Shown in pieces: positions 15,038-27,800 of a DNA stretch of 64,000 bases. The notes beneath the pieces are model-generated. The model was not told the origin of the DNA and made no database searches. It worked only from the letters and a program-made list of their open reading frames with translations. The position numbers and the translations under genes were made by a program. The stretch covers positions 4,960,001 through 5,024,000 of the forward strand of contig OZ176057.1 of NCBI GenBank assembly GCA_964247055.1. The letters are read 5' to 3'. The stretch comes from Paragordius varius (Eukaryota; Animalia; Nematomorpha). Within the stretch, counting starts at the first letter, position 1. Each line of letters begins with the position of its first letter.

Positions 15038-18000
15038 TCAATTTTTACTTTATGTTTCATTTTAAAAAATTAACTTTTATTTTTATAAAGGTTCATATTA
15101 TGGCGCTTTATTTGGTTAAGAAATTTACGACACAAGCCTTACTCAATCGCCTTTTAATAAAACCGCACATTAAACAAAATGTCACCAAAAATCTTGGTAA
15201 TTTTTAAATTTATATTTTAATATTTTTCAATTTTTTTTTACTTTTGAAATATTTTTGAAAATTATATTATTATTATTTTGTATCATATTAATTTGTTTTA
15301 TAATCTGTTTTTCGATTAATATATATTTATATATATATATATATGCAGTAGCGTATGGATTAAAACAATATTAGTACATAGAAGAATAAAAAAATGTTTT
15401 ATTTAAATAACAAGGGGATATTATAGATATGTGTATTTACAACTAGGATTGTTTTTTTTAAAAAAAACATTTTTTCATTCTTTTATGGACTAATATTGTT
15501 TTACTCCATACGCTACTGTATATATATTAATTGAGAAATTAATATTATTATATTTTTTTTCTGATTAATATGATATATTTTTGACAAAAAGCAATATCTA
15601 TATATTATATATATATATATGTGAGAATATTTTAAAATAAAAAATTATATTAGCAACATAATAGACACTCTTTTTTTATATTAAATAGGTAAATTATAAT
15701 AAATATTTTTTTTAAAAAAGTAACTTAATTTTGTTCTTAATTTTTTAATACTTTACAATTTTTTTTATATTTTAAATTTTTAATCATTTTTTTAGTTATT
15801 TTAATATTATTGATAAAATATATAAAATAAAATTATTATTTTTTATATTTTTATCAATTTTTCTAACATTTTTTTTTATATATTATTTTTTCAAGTTAAA
15901 CAAAAATTGAAATGCGTTTCCGATGATGTTGATGATGAGATTGCTACAACATGTGTTGGAGTTTCACTTTTATGTCCAGTAAAAAAATATTAATAATTTA
16001 AATTTTTAAAATTTTATGAAAAATTCAAAAATATATTATTAATTAAAGTATTTTAATTAATTTTCATTAACATTTGTTATATTTAGGAATAAAATTATTA
16101 TTATAATTTAATTTTTATGTTTTTTTATTATTTTTACTGTTTATGAAGCCTTATAATTTATATATATGTATATATTTTAATTTGCTTTTAGTTTTTTTAC
16201 TTTTTATTTTATCAAAATTCAAATATATCCTTGAGCAATTCAAATTCACCCTAAAAAATCCTAAAAAATAAATTATAGTTTTTTGGCTAATATAAAATAT
16301 GGGCATAGTTTATTATTTTTTTCAGTATTATATTAATTTTAAACAGAATTTCATATTTTTTAAAAATATAAGTAATTTTTAATCTTAAAATACATATAAT
16401 TTATTATTATGGTGAATTTGAACTTTAAAGGGTAAATTATCTTTTGTTTTGCTTAAATATACCTGTTTTACAGTTTACCGTTTTTAAATTTTTGTCAATC
16501 TAAATTTTTAATTTTTATTAATAATCCAAACATATCTTTATAATTTACTATAATTTATTATAATTTTTATAAATTATAATTTTATTTTTTATTGTTATGA
16601 ATTTAATTTTTATTCCTTTTGGAAAAATTTAACTGTTTTTATTGTGATTAATCATATGTTTTGTTTATATTGATAATAATTTTTAAATTTTGCTATAAAT
16701 TTCAATATATTAATCATTATTTTTTATATACTGTAACGTAATTTTCTTCTTTTATCATAAAAACAATTTTAATCATTATTTTTTATTACTTTTTAATTTT
16801 TGCAAAATTTACTCGTTCGTTACCCTTTTGTAATTGTAAGCCTTTCCTTTTCATTACAAAAACTATTTAAAAAGTTCCAATTATAAATTTTAAATAAATT
16901 AAATTTTATTTGCTTATCATTATATATGCAATTATAATTCAGGTAAAATTATATAAATTTATTATGATATTTGCGATTACTATACAAGTAATTTTTGTTC
17001 AAACGTATAAAAAAATAAAATTAAAAAAGTATAAATAAACAGAAAATCATTCACCAGTTTTTTTTTTGTGGTATAAATTTTTTTAGCTTTCCAAAAGTCG
17101 TATAAATTACCCGAGCCGAGCCCATTCTTGCGATCATTTTCAATGCTTTGATGCGGTCAGTTATTTGGCCATGAATGAAAAAAATGCTAAATGGACATGT
17201 CCCATTTGTTATAAGAGTGCCCCTTATGAAACATTGGCTATAGATACGTATATTAATTATGCATTCTTTTATATTTTTGGATTTGTAGTGTTTTTTATAA
17301 CTTATTGGTATACTTTTTTGAGGTTTTTTCCTCGTAAAATTTGAGCATTTTTACGTTTTTTTGTGTTTCCCCCCCGTAAAATTTGTGTTTTGAGTTAAAT
17401 TAGTTTATAACACACATAAAGCATTGGTTATAACAGTGTTTTTTCCTTCCATATGAATAGTTGTGTATTGTTACCTAGGAATTATTTGCATTAATATTTT
17501 TGAAATTTTTAATTTTTATTGTTATAGAATAGTTTGTAAAAATTTTGTTATTTTGTTGACATATTTAATGTATCATGCTCTTTAAAATTAGTATGTAATA
17601 CTTGCGAATTTGAAAATTTTACGTTTTTAGTATTTATAGGTATCAAAATTTTATGTAAAAAGTTGTTTTTCGCCTTTTTAATATAATAATTTAAAAACTT
17701 GTAAACTCTCTCTAATAATTTGTTTTCCCACAAAAATTTAAAGACAAATATTTTTTTCATAAAGACAACCAACCATACTTTTTAAATCTTGATTTTTTCA
17801 AAACTAACTTAAATAATTGTTAAAAATTGCAAAGTATAAAATAGAGATGTATATTGGTAACACAATCAATTGTGTATTTTACGATTGTAGTTAAATGTTT
17901 TTTTATAGGATAAACTAAGGTTTAAAAAGTACTTTTGATAAACAAAATTGTCTTTATATTATTTTTCACAGTATTTATAAATTATTTTAATTTTTCTGTT

Positions 18001-21000
18001 TTCATTTTTCTAGTTTTTTCCTAAATATTCTGACCACATGTCCTTCAACAGTTCGAGAAATTGAACTAAATGCTGATTCAAGCTGGAAAGCTATTAGTGA
18101 GAATTCATCATCTATCAATTCACAATCTAACACCAGCGCAAATACATTGATTAAAAGGTAATTAATTTATAAAAAAATTGGTTAAAAAATATGTTTTCAA
18201 ATATAAAAGCAATTAAAATAAAGTTAGAATGTGTTTTCTTTTTTATAAAATAAAATATTGGGATTTTTATAAAATTTATGTTTTCAAAGATAAATGCAGT
18301 AAAAATAAAGTTAGAATGTGTTTTCTTTTTATCAATCTAAAAAATTGGTAAAAATTGTTTTTAAAGATGATTCCACTAAAAATAATGCGAGAATATGTTT
18401 TCTTTTTTTATTTATAAAATATTAAGACTTTTTATGAAAAAAAATAGTAAAAATATATTTTCAAATATAAATGCCACTAAAAATAAAGTTAGGATGTGTT
18501 TTCTTTTTTATATATAAAATAAAATATTGGGACTTTTATAAAACGCCGCCGCACACATTAAGTTAAAAAGGTTGATTGATTTAAAAATGTGAGTGAGTAT
18601 ACTGTCTAAAAAAAGAATGGTTAAAAGTTTGATGCACGCATATAAATTACATAGCTTTTAAGGTGTTTTTATTTCTGAAAAAACTTAATTTTATTTGTAC
18701 AATTTATATGATATTAAAAATAAGGAGTGCTTTGATACAAAATCGAGCCTTTTACTCGAAAAATGTGATTTTTTCAAGGACATTCGATAATAGGAAGTCC
18801 CATGGCTTAAAATTGAGTCTCCCTTTTTAATGAAAAAAGTTTGTTTTAAGTTTTAAAAATTGATAATTTTTGTCTGTATGATTGTTTTATTAATAAATAC
18901 CCAACCAATCTATATCTATATTTATACTATTTACAATTCAAATTCACCCTTGAACAATTCAAATTCACTCTAAAAAATAAATTATGAAATTTCAGTCTAA
19001 TATTACTCTCATCATTAAAATTAAATATATTTTTATGGCATGGTTTATTAATGTTTCAGTATTATTTTAATTTTAAACAAAATTTCTTTTTTCTGTAAAT
19101 TATAAAATAGCTAATTTTTAATCTTCAAAAACTCATAATTTATTTTAGGGTGACTTTAAATTGTTCAAGGGGGAATTCGAATTGTTTATATATATATATA
19201 TATATATATACCATTTACAATTCAAATTCACCCTTAAACCATTTAAATTCACCCTTAAATAAATAACATGTTTTTTAAGATTAAAAGTTACCTATATTTA
19301 CTATATTTTTGGAAAAATAAAATTTTGTTTTAAATTAAAATACTGAAAAAATATTAAATTTTGCCATAAAGATATATTTAATATTAATATTATTTATATT
19401 AGAAAAACACATAATGATTAATTTTAGGGTCAATTTAAATTGTTTGAAGGTGACTTTAAATTGTTCAAGGGTGAATTGGACTTTAAGAGTGAATTTGAAC
19501 TGATAATAAATTATGCCATAAAGATATTCATATTAATAATTATTTTTATTAGTTCAAAAACACATAATGAATCATTTTAGGGTGAATTTCAATTTATTGA
19601 AGGTGACTTTAAATTGTTCAAGGGAGAATTTGAATTGTTTGAAGGTCAATTTAAACTGTAAATGGTATATTTGTTTATATATATCTTTATTTAGAAAACA
19701 ACCATCCTATTGTAACACTACTATGGGCAATAATACACAGCAATGTAATAAAAAGTTGAATAGCTCTAACCTTGACCCTTCCTCAACGATCGAAATTATT
19801 GAGGATGAATTGTTATGTAGTAATGAGGGCCAAGAATTGTTGGAAAATTCTAATGAAAAAAATGATAAATTTAATAATGCTAAAACAAGGAATATACCCG
19901 CAAAAAATACCGCTAAAAATAGTTTAAACTGTGCGGCAAAATATACCACTGAAGGTGGGACAGGTAAGATAAACTTTTTTGGATAAAAAATTTGAAAGTG
20001 TAAAACTTTAAAGCTTTTTGTAGTTTTGAAAGTGTTTTTTATCAAAAATTAGTTAAAAAATATATCTTTTTTTGAGAAAAAAATGTGTTTTTTTATCAAA
20101 TTTAAAAAGTTATGGGACTATATATAAATACAGTTTTATCATAATAACACTTTACATTGACTGGTAGCTATATCAAATACAGGGTTTATAGTTGAGTATT
20201 AAATTAATTGTCATATTACATAGACTTGAATAGTATTGTTGATTGTTTACTGTACAATATAAATTTTAAATTCAAAATAACATAATTTTAGAGCATTTAA
20301 ATTACCGTTGATCGTTTGAAATTTACCATATAAAATAATACATATTTATTGCAGGAATATCAAAAATTTACCAATATAAAGTAAATTTTGTATTAATATA
20401 AAAAAAAATAAATTATGTCTGAAAGAAATATTTATTATTACTAATAAATTAATTTAGCCCCAAAACATATATTATTTTTAAGATGCGTTTGATATGTTCA
20501 AGGATAAATTTGAGATGTAAATGGGTAATTAAGGATATTCAAGGGTAATTTTAAAATGATTTAGAGTGAAATTGATATGTTTATGTGTAAAGGGTTATAA
20601 TATTCAAGGGTGAATTTGATATGTTTAAGGGTGCTTTTGAAATGTTCAAGGGTGCATTTGAAATGTATAAGAGCGAATTTCACATGTCTAAGGGTTAATA
20701 TCTAATGTTCAAGAGATATGATATATTCAAGGATGCATTTGAAATGTTCAAGGGTGGTGAGTTTATAATATTTTTGTACATTTGAAATGTCCAAGAGTCG
20801 ATTTAAAATGTTTAAACGTATGTGTTTAAAAATGAATTTTAAATGCTCACGGGTGAATTCTTTATGTTTAAGGCTTTAATATCTAATGTTTAAGGAATAA
20901 ATTTGAAATACAAGTGCAACTTTGAGATGTTTAATGTTGTTCAAAGGTGAATTCTATATATGTGTTTATAACGAGGGAAGAGAAATATTTATCTGAAAAA

Positions 21001-23761
21001 TATTTTGTTTTAGGTGACACGTCAACAACCTTTAGTCAAGATGAGGGACATGACAGTGATATCGTAATACTAAGTAGTAGTTCTGAAGATGATGAAACTA
21101 CTAATCATCACCCTTTAGCGCCTGCAAAAAATTCTCACGCTTCTTATCAAGAAAAAAATGGAAAAATCTCTGAAAAAAACTTACAACAACCTTTCATAAA
21201 ATGTACTACAAAATCTGCAACGTTAAATGAAAATTCACAATCCAATTCGAATTTAGCAGTAAACACTAAAGAAAATGATGGAGAAACCATTATTAACAAA
21301 GCCTCTAATATGGGACTTTCGAATGAAGAATTGGAGAGTTGTGTAATGAACAACGCATTTATGGTTCCCAATCAAGAAACGCAATCAATAGCCCTTAATA
21401 CTAATCAACATTTGGGTAATTTAAATTATCCATTTTTGGGGTAAAAAAAGTTTTAAAATTGAAAATCTAAAATTAATATACTTTGTGTTTTTTTTCTTTG
21501 TATTTTCTAAATACAGTATGCATTTTAATGGTTTTTTAGTTTAAACTATAGTTGGACAATTTGCAAAACACAGTTCTGTATGGAAAAAGAAACAAAATGT
21601 TTAATAAATTATTTCCTTTATTTTCTCCATACACTCATGTAGTGTTGCAGATTGCCCTACTATAGTAATTGTAAAATAAGCAACCATTAAAGTGTATTCT
21701 GTATACCTTTTAAAATTGACTTTTTTATAGCTATATATTAACTTATAACTTATATTTAATATCAATAAAATTATCGCGAAATATATTAAAAATGCAAGCA
21801 TAATCATCAAACAGAATATTAGTTTGTTTTTTTTATAACGTCAATGAAAATTTTATAAACTTTTAATCTTTAGGTTGCCATTTGTTTTTAGTCATTTGAA
21901 AACGAACCGCCTTTAATATTTAAAACTCTGAAAAAATTAAATTTGATTTAAGATAACTTTGATTTTTTTGTTTTTTATACTTTTTTTCTGGATATAATTT
22001 TTAGCTGGAACTACAACCAAATCGTTAGAATCTCAACAAATTTCTAGCTCAGAATCAATTGAAACCAACATTGCGACAATATCGAAATCACCATTAATCA
22101 ATACTACAGAGATTGACACTTTACCAGTTGTTTCAGTGTTGGCAGAAGAAATAATATGCAACAATACTACAAATTTACAAAATCCTTTGAAAGAACCATC
22201 CAATCTGAGTATTTTAGCATCAAACACTACAACAGTTGTACATTCAAGACTTAAACGTTTACGGCAATGTTTAAATGCCCTTGATGATAATCATCAAAAC
22301 GAAAATGATGATACATTTGAAACGGAACAAAGAACAAATAATTTGCCCACTACGGAGAAAAATGGTAATAGTTATTAAAATAAAAAATGTTAAAAAAAGT
22401 ATTTTTTTGGTTTTGTTTAAGTAAATAGTAAATTTTGGGTTTTAAAAAGGAATTTTTATACCCTTTAAAAGGATAAGACGGGAGTTTTAAAAAAAGTGGG
22501 TAATGTTTAAGTAAGTAGTTCATTTTGGGTTTTAAAAAGGAGTTTTTTGGTTTATTTGATAGCTATTGAAAATATAATTCCACAAAAATGTTTTTTTGGT
22601 TTGTTTAAGTAAGTATTTTTTTGGTTTTAAATAAATTTTGGATTTCAAAAACAAATTTTTTGAATTATTTATAGCTCTGGAAAAGATAATTTAATATTTT
22701 ATAAAAAAAGTTTTTGGCTTGTTTAAGTAAGTAAAGTTTTGGTTTATAAAAAGAATATTTTTTGGTTTGTTTAAGTCAGTAAAATTTGGATTTCAAAAAC
22801 AAATTTTTTCGGTTATTTGATAGCTATGGAAAAGTAAATTAAATTTTCAAAAATGTTTTTTCTCGGTTTTTAAAGTAGGAAAAACTAAGATTTGTGGATA
22901 ATTTAGTTTATTTTGTAGCTTTTAAAAAGATTATATAGTTTTGTGTAATTAAAAAAAGTTTTTTCGGTTATCATAAATGTTTTAAAGTAAATTATTGAAA
23001 AAATAATAACAATAAAAAGTTTTTTTCGATTTGTTTATGTAATAAAAGTTTGATTTAGTGAAAAGTTTTTGGGTTATTTTTTATTGTATTATTCTGGATC
23101 GAAGTAAAAATTTTGTCGTTTTTTATACCATTTACAGTTTAAATTTACCCTTAATCATATTAAATTTACCCTCGAACAATTAATCACCCTATATATGATT
23201 AAAAATTACTTTATTTTTTATTTTCAAAAATTTGTTTAAAATTTAAAATATAACCTATGTCAAGATATATTTCATATAAATGATGAGTTATATCAATCCA
23301 ACATATAATATATATATTTTTAGGGTGAATATAAATTGTTCGAAGGTAAATTTTAATTCTAAATGGTATATGTTTGATAACCTAAATTTGTCATTTATTT
23401 AGAGTTAAAAAATTAAATTTGGGAAAAATCTTGTTAATTATGTAGTGTAAAAAATATAAGTGATGGCATATTATTAAAAAATATTATTTCGAAATACATA
23501 TTTATATATATATAAATACGCAAATTTAGAGTTAATTAAATTAAATTACAGTATGTATTTTAATGGTTGATTATTTCACACTATAGTTGGGCAATTTGCA
23601 CAACACAGCAGTGTATGGAAAAAAACAACAAAATGCTGAATAAACAATTATTTCTTTCTTTTTTTTCCATACACTCCTCTGTACTGTTGCAAATTACCAA
23701 CTATAGTGTTGTTAAATAAGCAACTAATAAAATACATTGTATTATCAAATATCAAATAATT

Positions 23762-23812
<51 letters not shown>

Positions 23813-24771
23813 GAAACAAAAACTATATAAACATTCCCAAAATTAATAAATTATCAATTAATATAATTTTTTGTAACTTTTAGCTTATTAATTAGCTACA
23901 TTACAAACTAGTAAAAATAGAAAAAATGTTCATAATTTACTTACTTACCATTTGTTAATTATATTTTTATTAAAAATATACTTTTATCCCAGGGGATGTA
24001 TTGTGCATGTCAAATAGAAACCACCCATGGAAATAAATATAATTTGTTTGCCAATGTATAAAAATCTTTCAGTTTTTTTCCCTATATTTTTCTATATTTA
24101 AGCGTAATTTTTTGTCACAATATTATAGACGACAATATTGATATCAATATGCCCGCGTCCTCTGAAGAATTCACAAATAACCCGACATCTGCTTTACATA
24201 AACAGAATAATCAGGCTAAAAAACATCGAAAACCGACACACCAACGTATACAATCACCGCCCCCATCAAACCTTGAAACACAACTCAAAACTAATGGTAA
24301 AAATAGATAAAATTTAGTAAAAAAATGAAATTATAATTTATTTACAATTTAAATTCCTTGAACAATATGAATTGACTTTAAAAATAAATTTTGTGTTTTT
24401 AAAATTATAAATTACCCATACTTTTATATATATTTTAAAAAATATATTTTGTTTAAATTAAAATAATACTGAAAAAATAATAAACTATACCACAAAGATA
24501 CATTTCATATTAATAGTGAGTTGCATTAGTTCGAAAACGCATAATTTATTTTAGGGTGAATTATTGTTCAAGGGTGAATTTAAACTGCAAATGGTATATC
24601 ATAATAATTACTGTTTAAAAACGAAATGGTGTATACGGTATTAACAAAGTTTTTTGTTTTTTAATGTCGATTGTATGAAAATCAGTATTGTATTTAATTA
24701 TATTTAACCACAAATACTTTGTGGCTGGTAGTTTTCATTGTAATGAAAAAAAGATTAATAATTAGTCAATA

Positions 24772-24806
<35 letters not shown>

Positions 24807-27800
24807 AATATTGATATATCAATAATTTGTTTATACAGTGAAAAATGAAATTATACGGACCAAACGTACAAATACAAGGCCAACTATTTTTTTTAAAGAC
24901 AACCATACTTTTTTAAATCTTAATTTTCCTCATATAATTTTTAATTACAATCGTAAAATATATAATTGATTGTGATACAAATGTAAACTCTTCTATTATA
25001 TACTTTACAGTTTAAAACAGTGTTTTATATAAAGAATCAAGTTATAAAAAGTATGGTTGTCAATCTAAAAATGTTTGTCTTTATATTTTTACGTTTTGTC
25101 CGTATAATTCCAGTTTTTACTGTATATATAGAGAGTTAACTAATGCTTCTTTGAAATGAAGCCATTAATGAGTAATGATAAGTATTTATTTAACTATTTT
25201 TTGTCAGTATTTTAATAAAAATGTTAGTTTTTTTAATTTATTTAATATATTTATATTTTAAAGCCAATTCTGACCCTACCACATTACCTAAAGCCAATAA
25301 CAACAAAAAGCATAAACCGCAAAAGAATTCATCAGATGACAGTGAATGTGAAATTATTAATATTTGTTCGCCCTTGGAATCTCAACCAAATGGTGATTTT
25401 TAACAAAATAAAGATTATTTAACCGTATTTTGGAAAAAAATTTTTTTATCATATTTAAAAATAAATATATTGATTAGTGATTTTCTTAGGTTTTTGGAAT
25501 TTAATAATTGGTTTTGGATAGTTTTTAAATATTTAAATGAAGGAGATGTATATTTAACGGTTTTTTTCAAGCTGTGTATAAAATTTTTATTCCTATATAA
25601 TTTTATTTTTATATATTATTATCTACATTAAAATAATATATATTTAAATTGAAATGAATCCTTTTTTCGCTAAAAAAGAGTTATATGTAATTTTTACCCA
25701 AAATCATTATTTATATTATTGATTTACATTTTATATTAGTTATTAATAGTCAACCAAACATTCTATTACCGCAAACAAATATATCCACTTCACAGAATAA
25801 TATTACTATGGGGTAACTTTTTTAATTTTTTACACTCTGCGATTTAATAGCTATTCTAAATTGCAAATCTAATACAATTAAAATTGAAATTATACGGACA
25901 AAACGGTAAAAATATAAAGACAAATATTTTTTCCTAAAAGACAACCCATACTTTTTAAATCTTGATTTGTTTACATATTACTCTTGTTTTAAACTCCAAA
26001 GTATAAAATAGAGATGTATATTATAAAACTTAATTATATTATGAATGATTTTACTAGGATTAATTTAGGTTTAAAAAACTAAAGTTGTCTTTTAAAAAAA
26101 ATTCCATTTTGTCCATATAATTTTAACAACTCTATATTACATTGATGCCCTCTATATAGTAATGCCATATAATTTGGCTAAAAATTTGTGATTTAACCCT
26201 ATATAATTAAATTTTAATTCGGATAATTAAAAGTATGAAATTACAAATTACGAAAAATCTAAAATTTAGATTACATGATGGTTTTTTTCTGCTAACAAAA
26301 ATAATTATAATTTGGTATTTACAGTAATATAATTTTAATTAATAATTATATCTGTTATTCTTGGGCGAAATTAGCCCCAAAATGTGTTTTTTATTAAACA
26401 AAATGATATAAAACATCAATTATATTAAAAAATATTTTTTAGTATTTCGAAAGTTACGCAAAGTTTATCATCTCTGATTAGCAGTGCTGTGGATAATTCA
26501 CCTATATTTAGTGGACCCTTAAGTCAAACATCCAGCCTTCTATCATATCAAATCCCTAAAAAAATTGGTAAGAATATTACAGTAAAATTAAATTATACTG
26601 TATAAACTGAGGTAAATACAAAAAATTTTTTCACATCAATGAAGATTTAAATTAAAAGGCTGATATTTTACCTAAAGGCAACCATCTATAATAAATTAAT
26701 GTTTTATAATCATTTTAGTATAAAAATATTGTAAATCATGTAATATTTTTACATTTTTTCTTTATAATTTTAATATTTATTGTTAATGGTTACAATATTA
26801 CAATTGGTTCATTAATTTAATGTAATTGCATCTATATTTTGCAACTTAAAACGATAAATAGTATTAAAAAAATGAAAGTTTTAAAAATATGTTGCAAATT
26901 AGATGATTTTTTTTATGATATCTTTATAAAATGATTTTTACTGTATTTAACGAAATTTTATAATTTTAATATTAATTCAAATATAATTATTTTACTACAA
27001 TTATATTTTTTAGGAAATGATATTGATTAAACTTAAAAATTTCCACAATTATTTTTTAATTTTCGTTTTTTTTTCATAAAAGCTCGTAAAGTAGATGAAA
27101 AATGTTCGGAATTACTCATTGCACAATTGGGGAAAACTAAAACCCAAACTGATATTGGGATTTTTCAGCACCCCTCGCCCCTAACAAATTTACCAACAAG
27201 TCCAATGAAAAGTATTACAAGTAAACATAATTTATATATGGAATAGTTTTTTAATTAAATAATTTATAAATTTGAATATACAGTAAAAATTAAAATTATA
27301 ACAAGACAACACCTAAAACTCTATATATATATATATATATATATATTTTAATTATTAAATACCTATTGTATGGGGTGGTCGAAATAGGAGTAAAGAGGTA
27401 TATATTAAAAACATATTAATGTTAAATTTTTTTTGGATTTTGTTGAAATAGATAAACCGTATTCATCATTTATTTTTTTTATGTTTTTTGTAAAATTCTC
27501 TAATCTTTTCTCTTAAATATCAATGATAAAATATAATTTTAATTATATTAGGTGCTATAAATCTTTCTGTTAGTGGTATTTATGGAGGGGCATATACTGT
27601 TTCCACCCTAAATTCAGATATTAATTCCAATAATAATGATAAAAAGATTTTTACAACAAACAAAGAAAACAGTTTGGTTGAACCGATGGATTATATAAAT
27701 AATTTTGAACATGTTAAGGAAACTGTATTAACTCAGGCAAATATATCGCCTCAAAATATTGGAAAACAAGTTTTGTCCACTTCGAATGCAAATATTGATA

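Noticed and set aside
18540-18830. Possible intronic snoRNA in a GC-richer patch of PIAS intron 11
   Set aside because: No convincing C/D (RUGAUGA/CUGA with terminal stem) or H/ACA arrangement.
27014-27030. Alternative PIAS acceptors (tttag at ~27013, tgtag at ~28240)
   Set aside because: Both give an in-frame stop within a few codons in the required phase. The nearby downstream acceptors keep the frame open.
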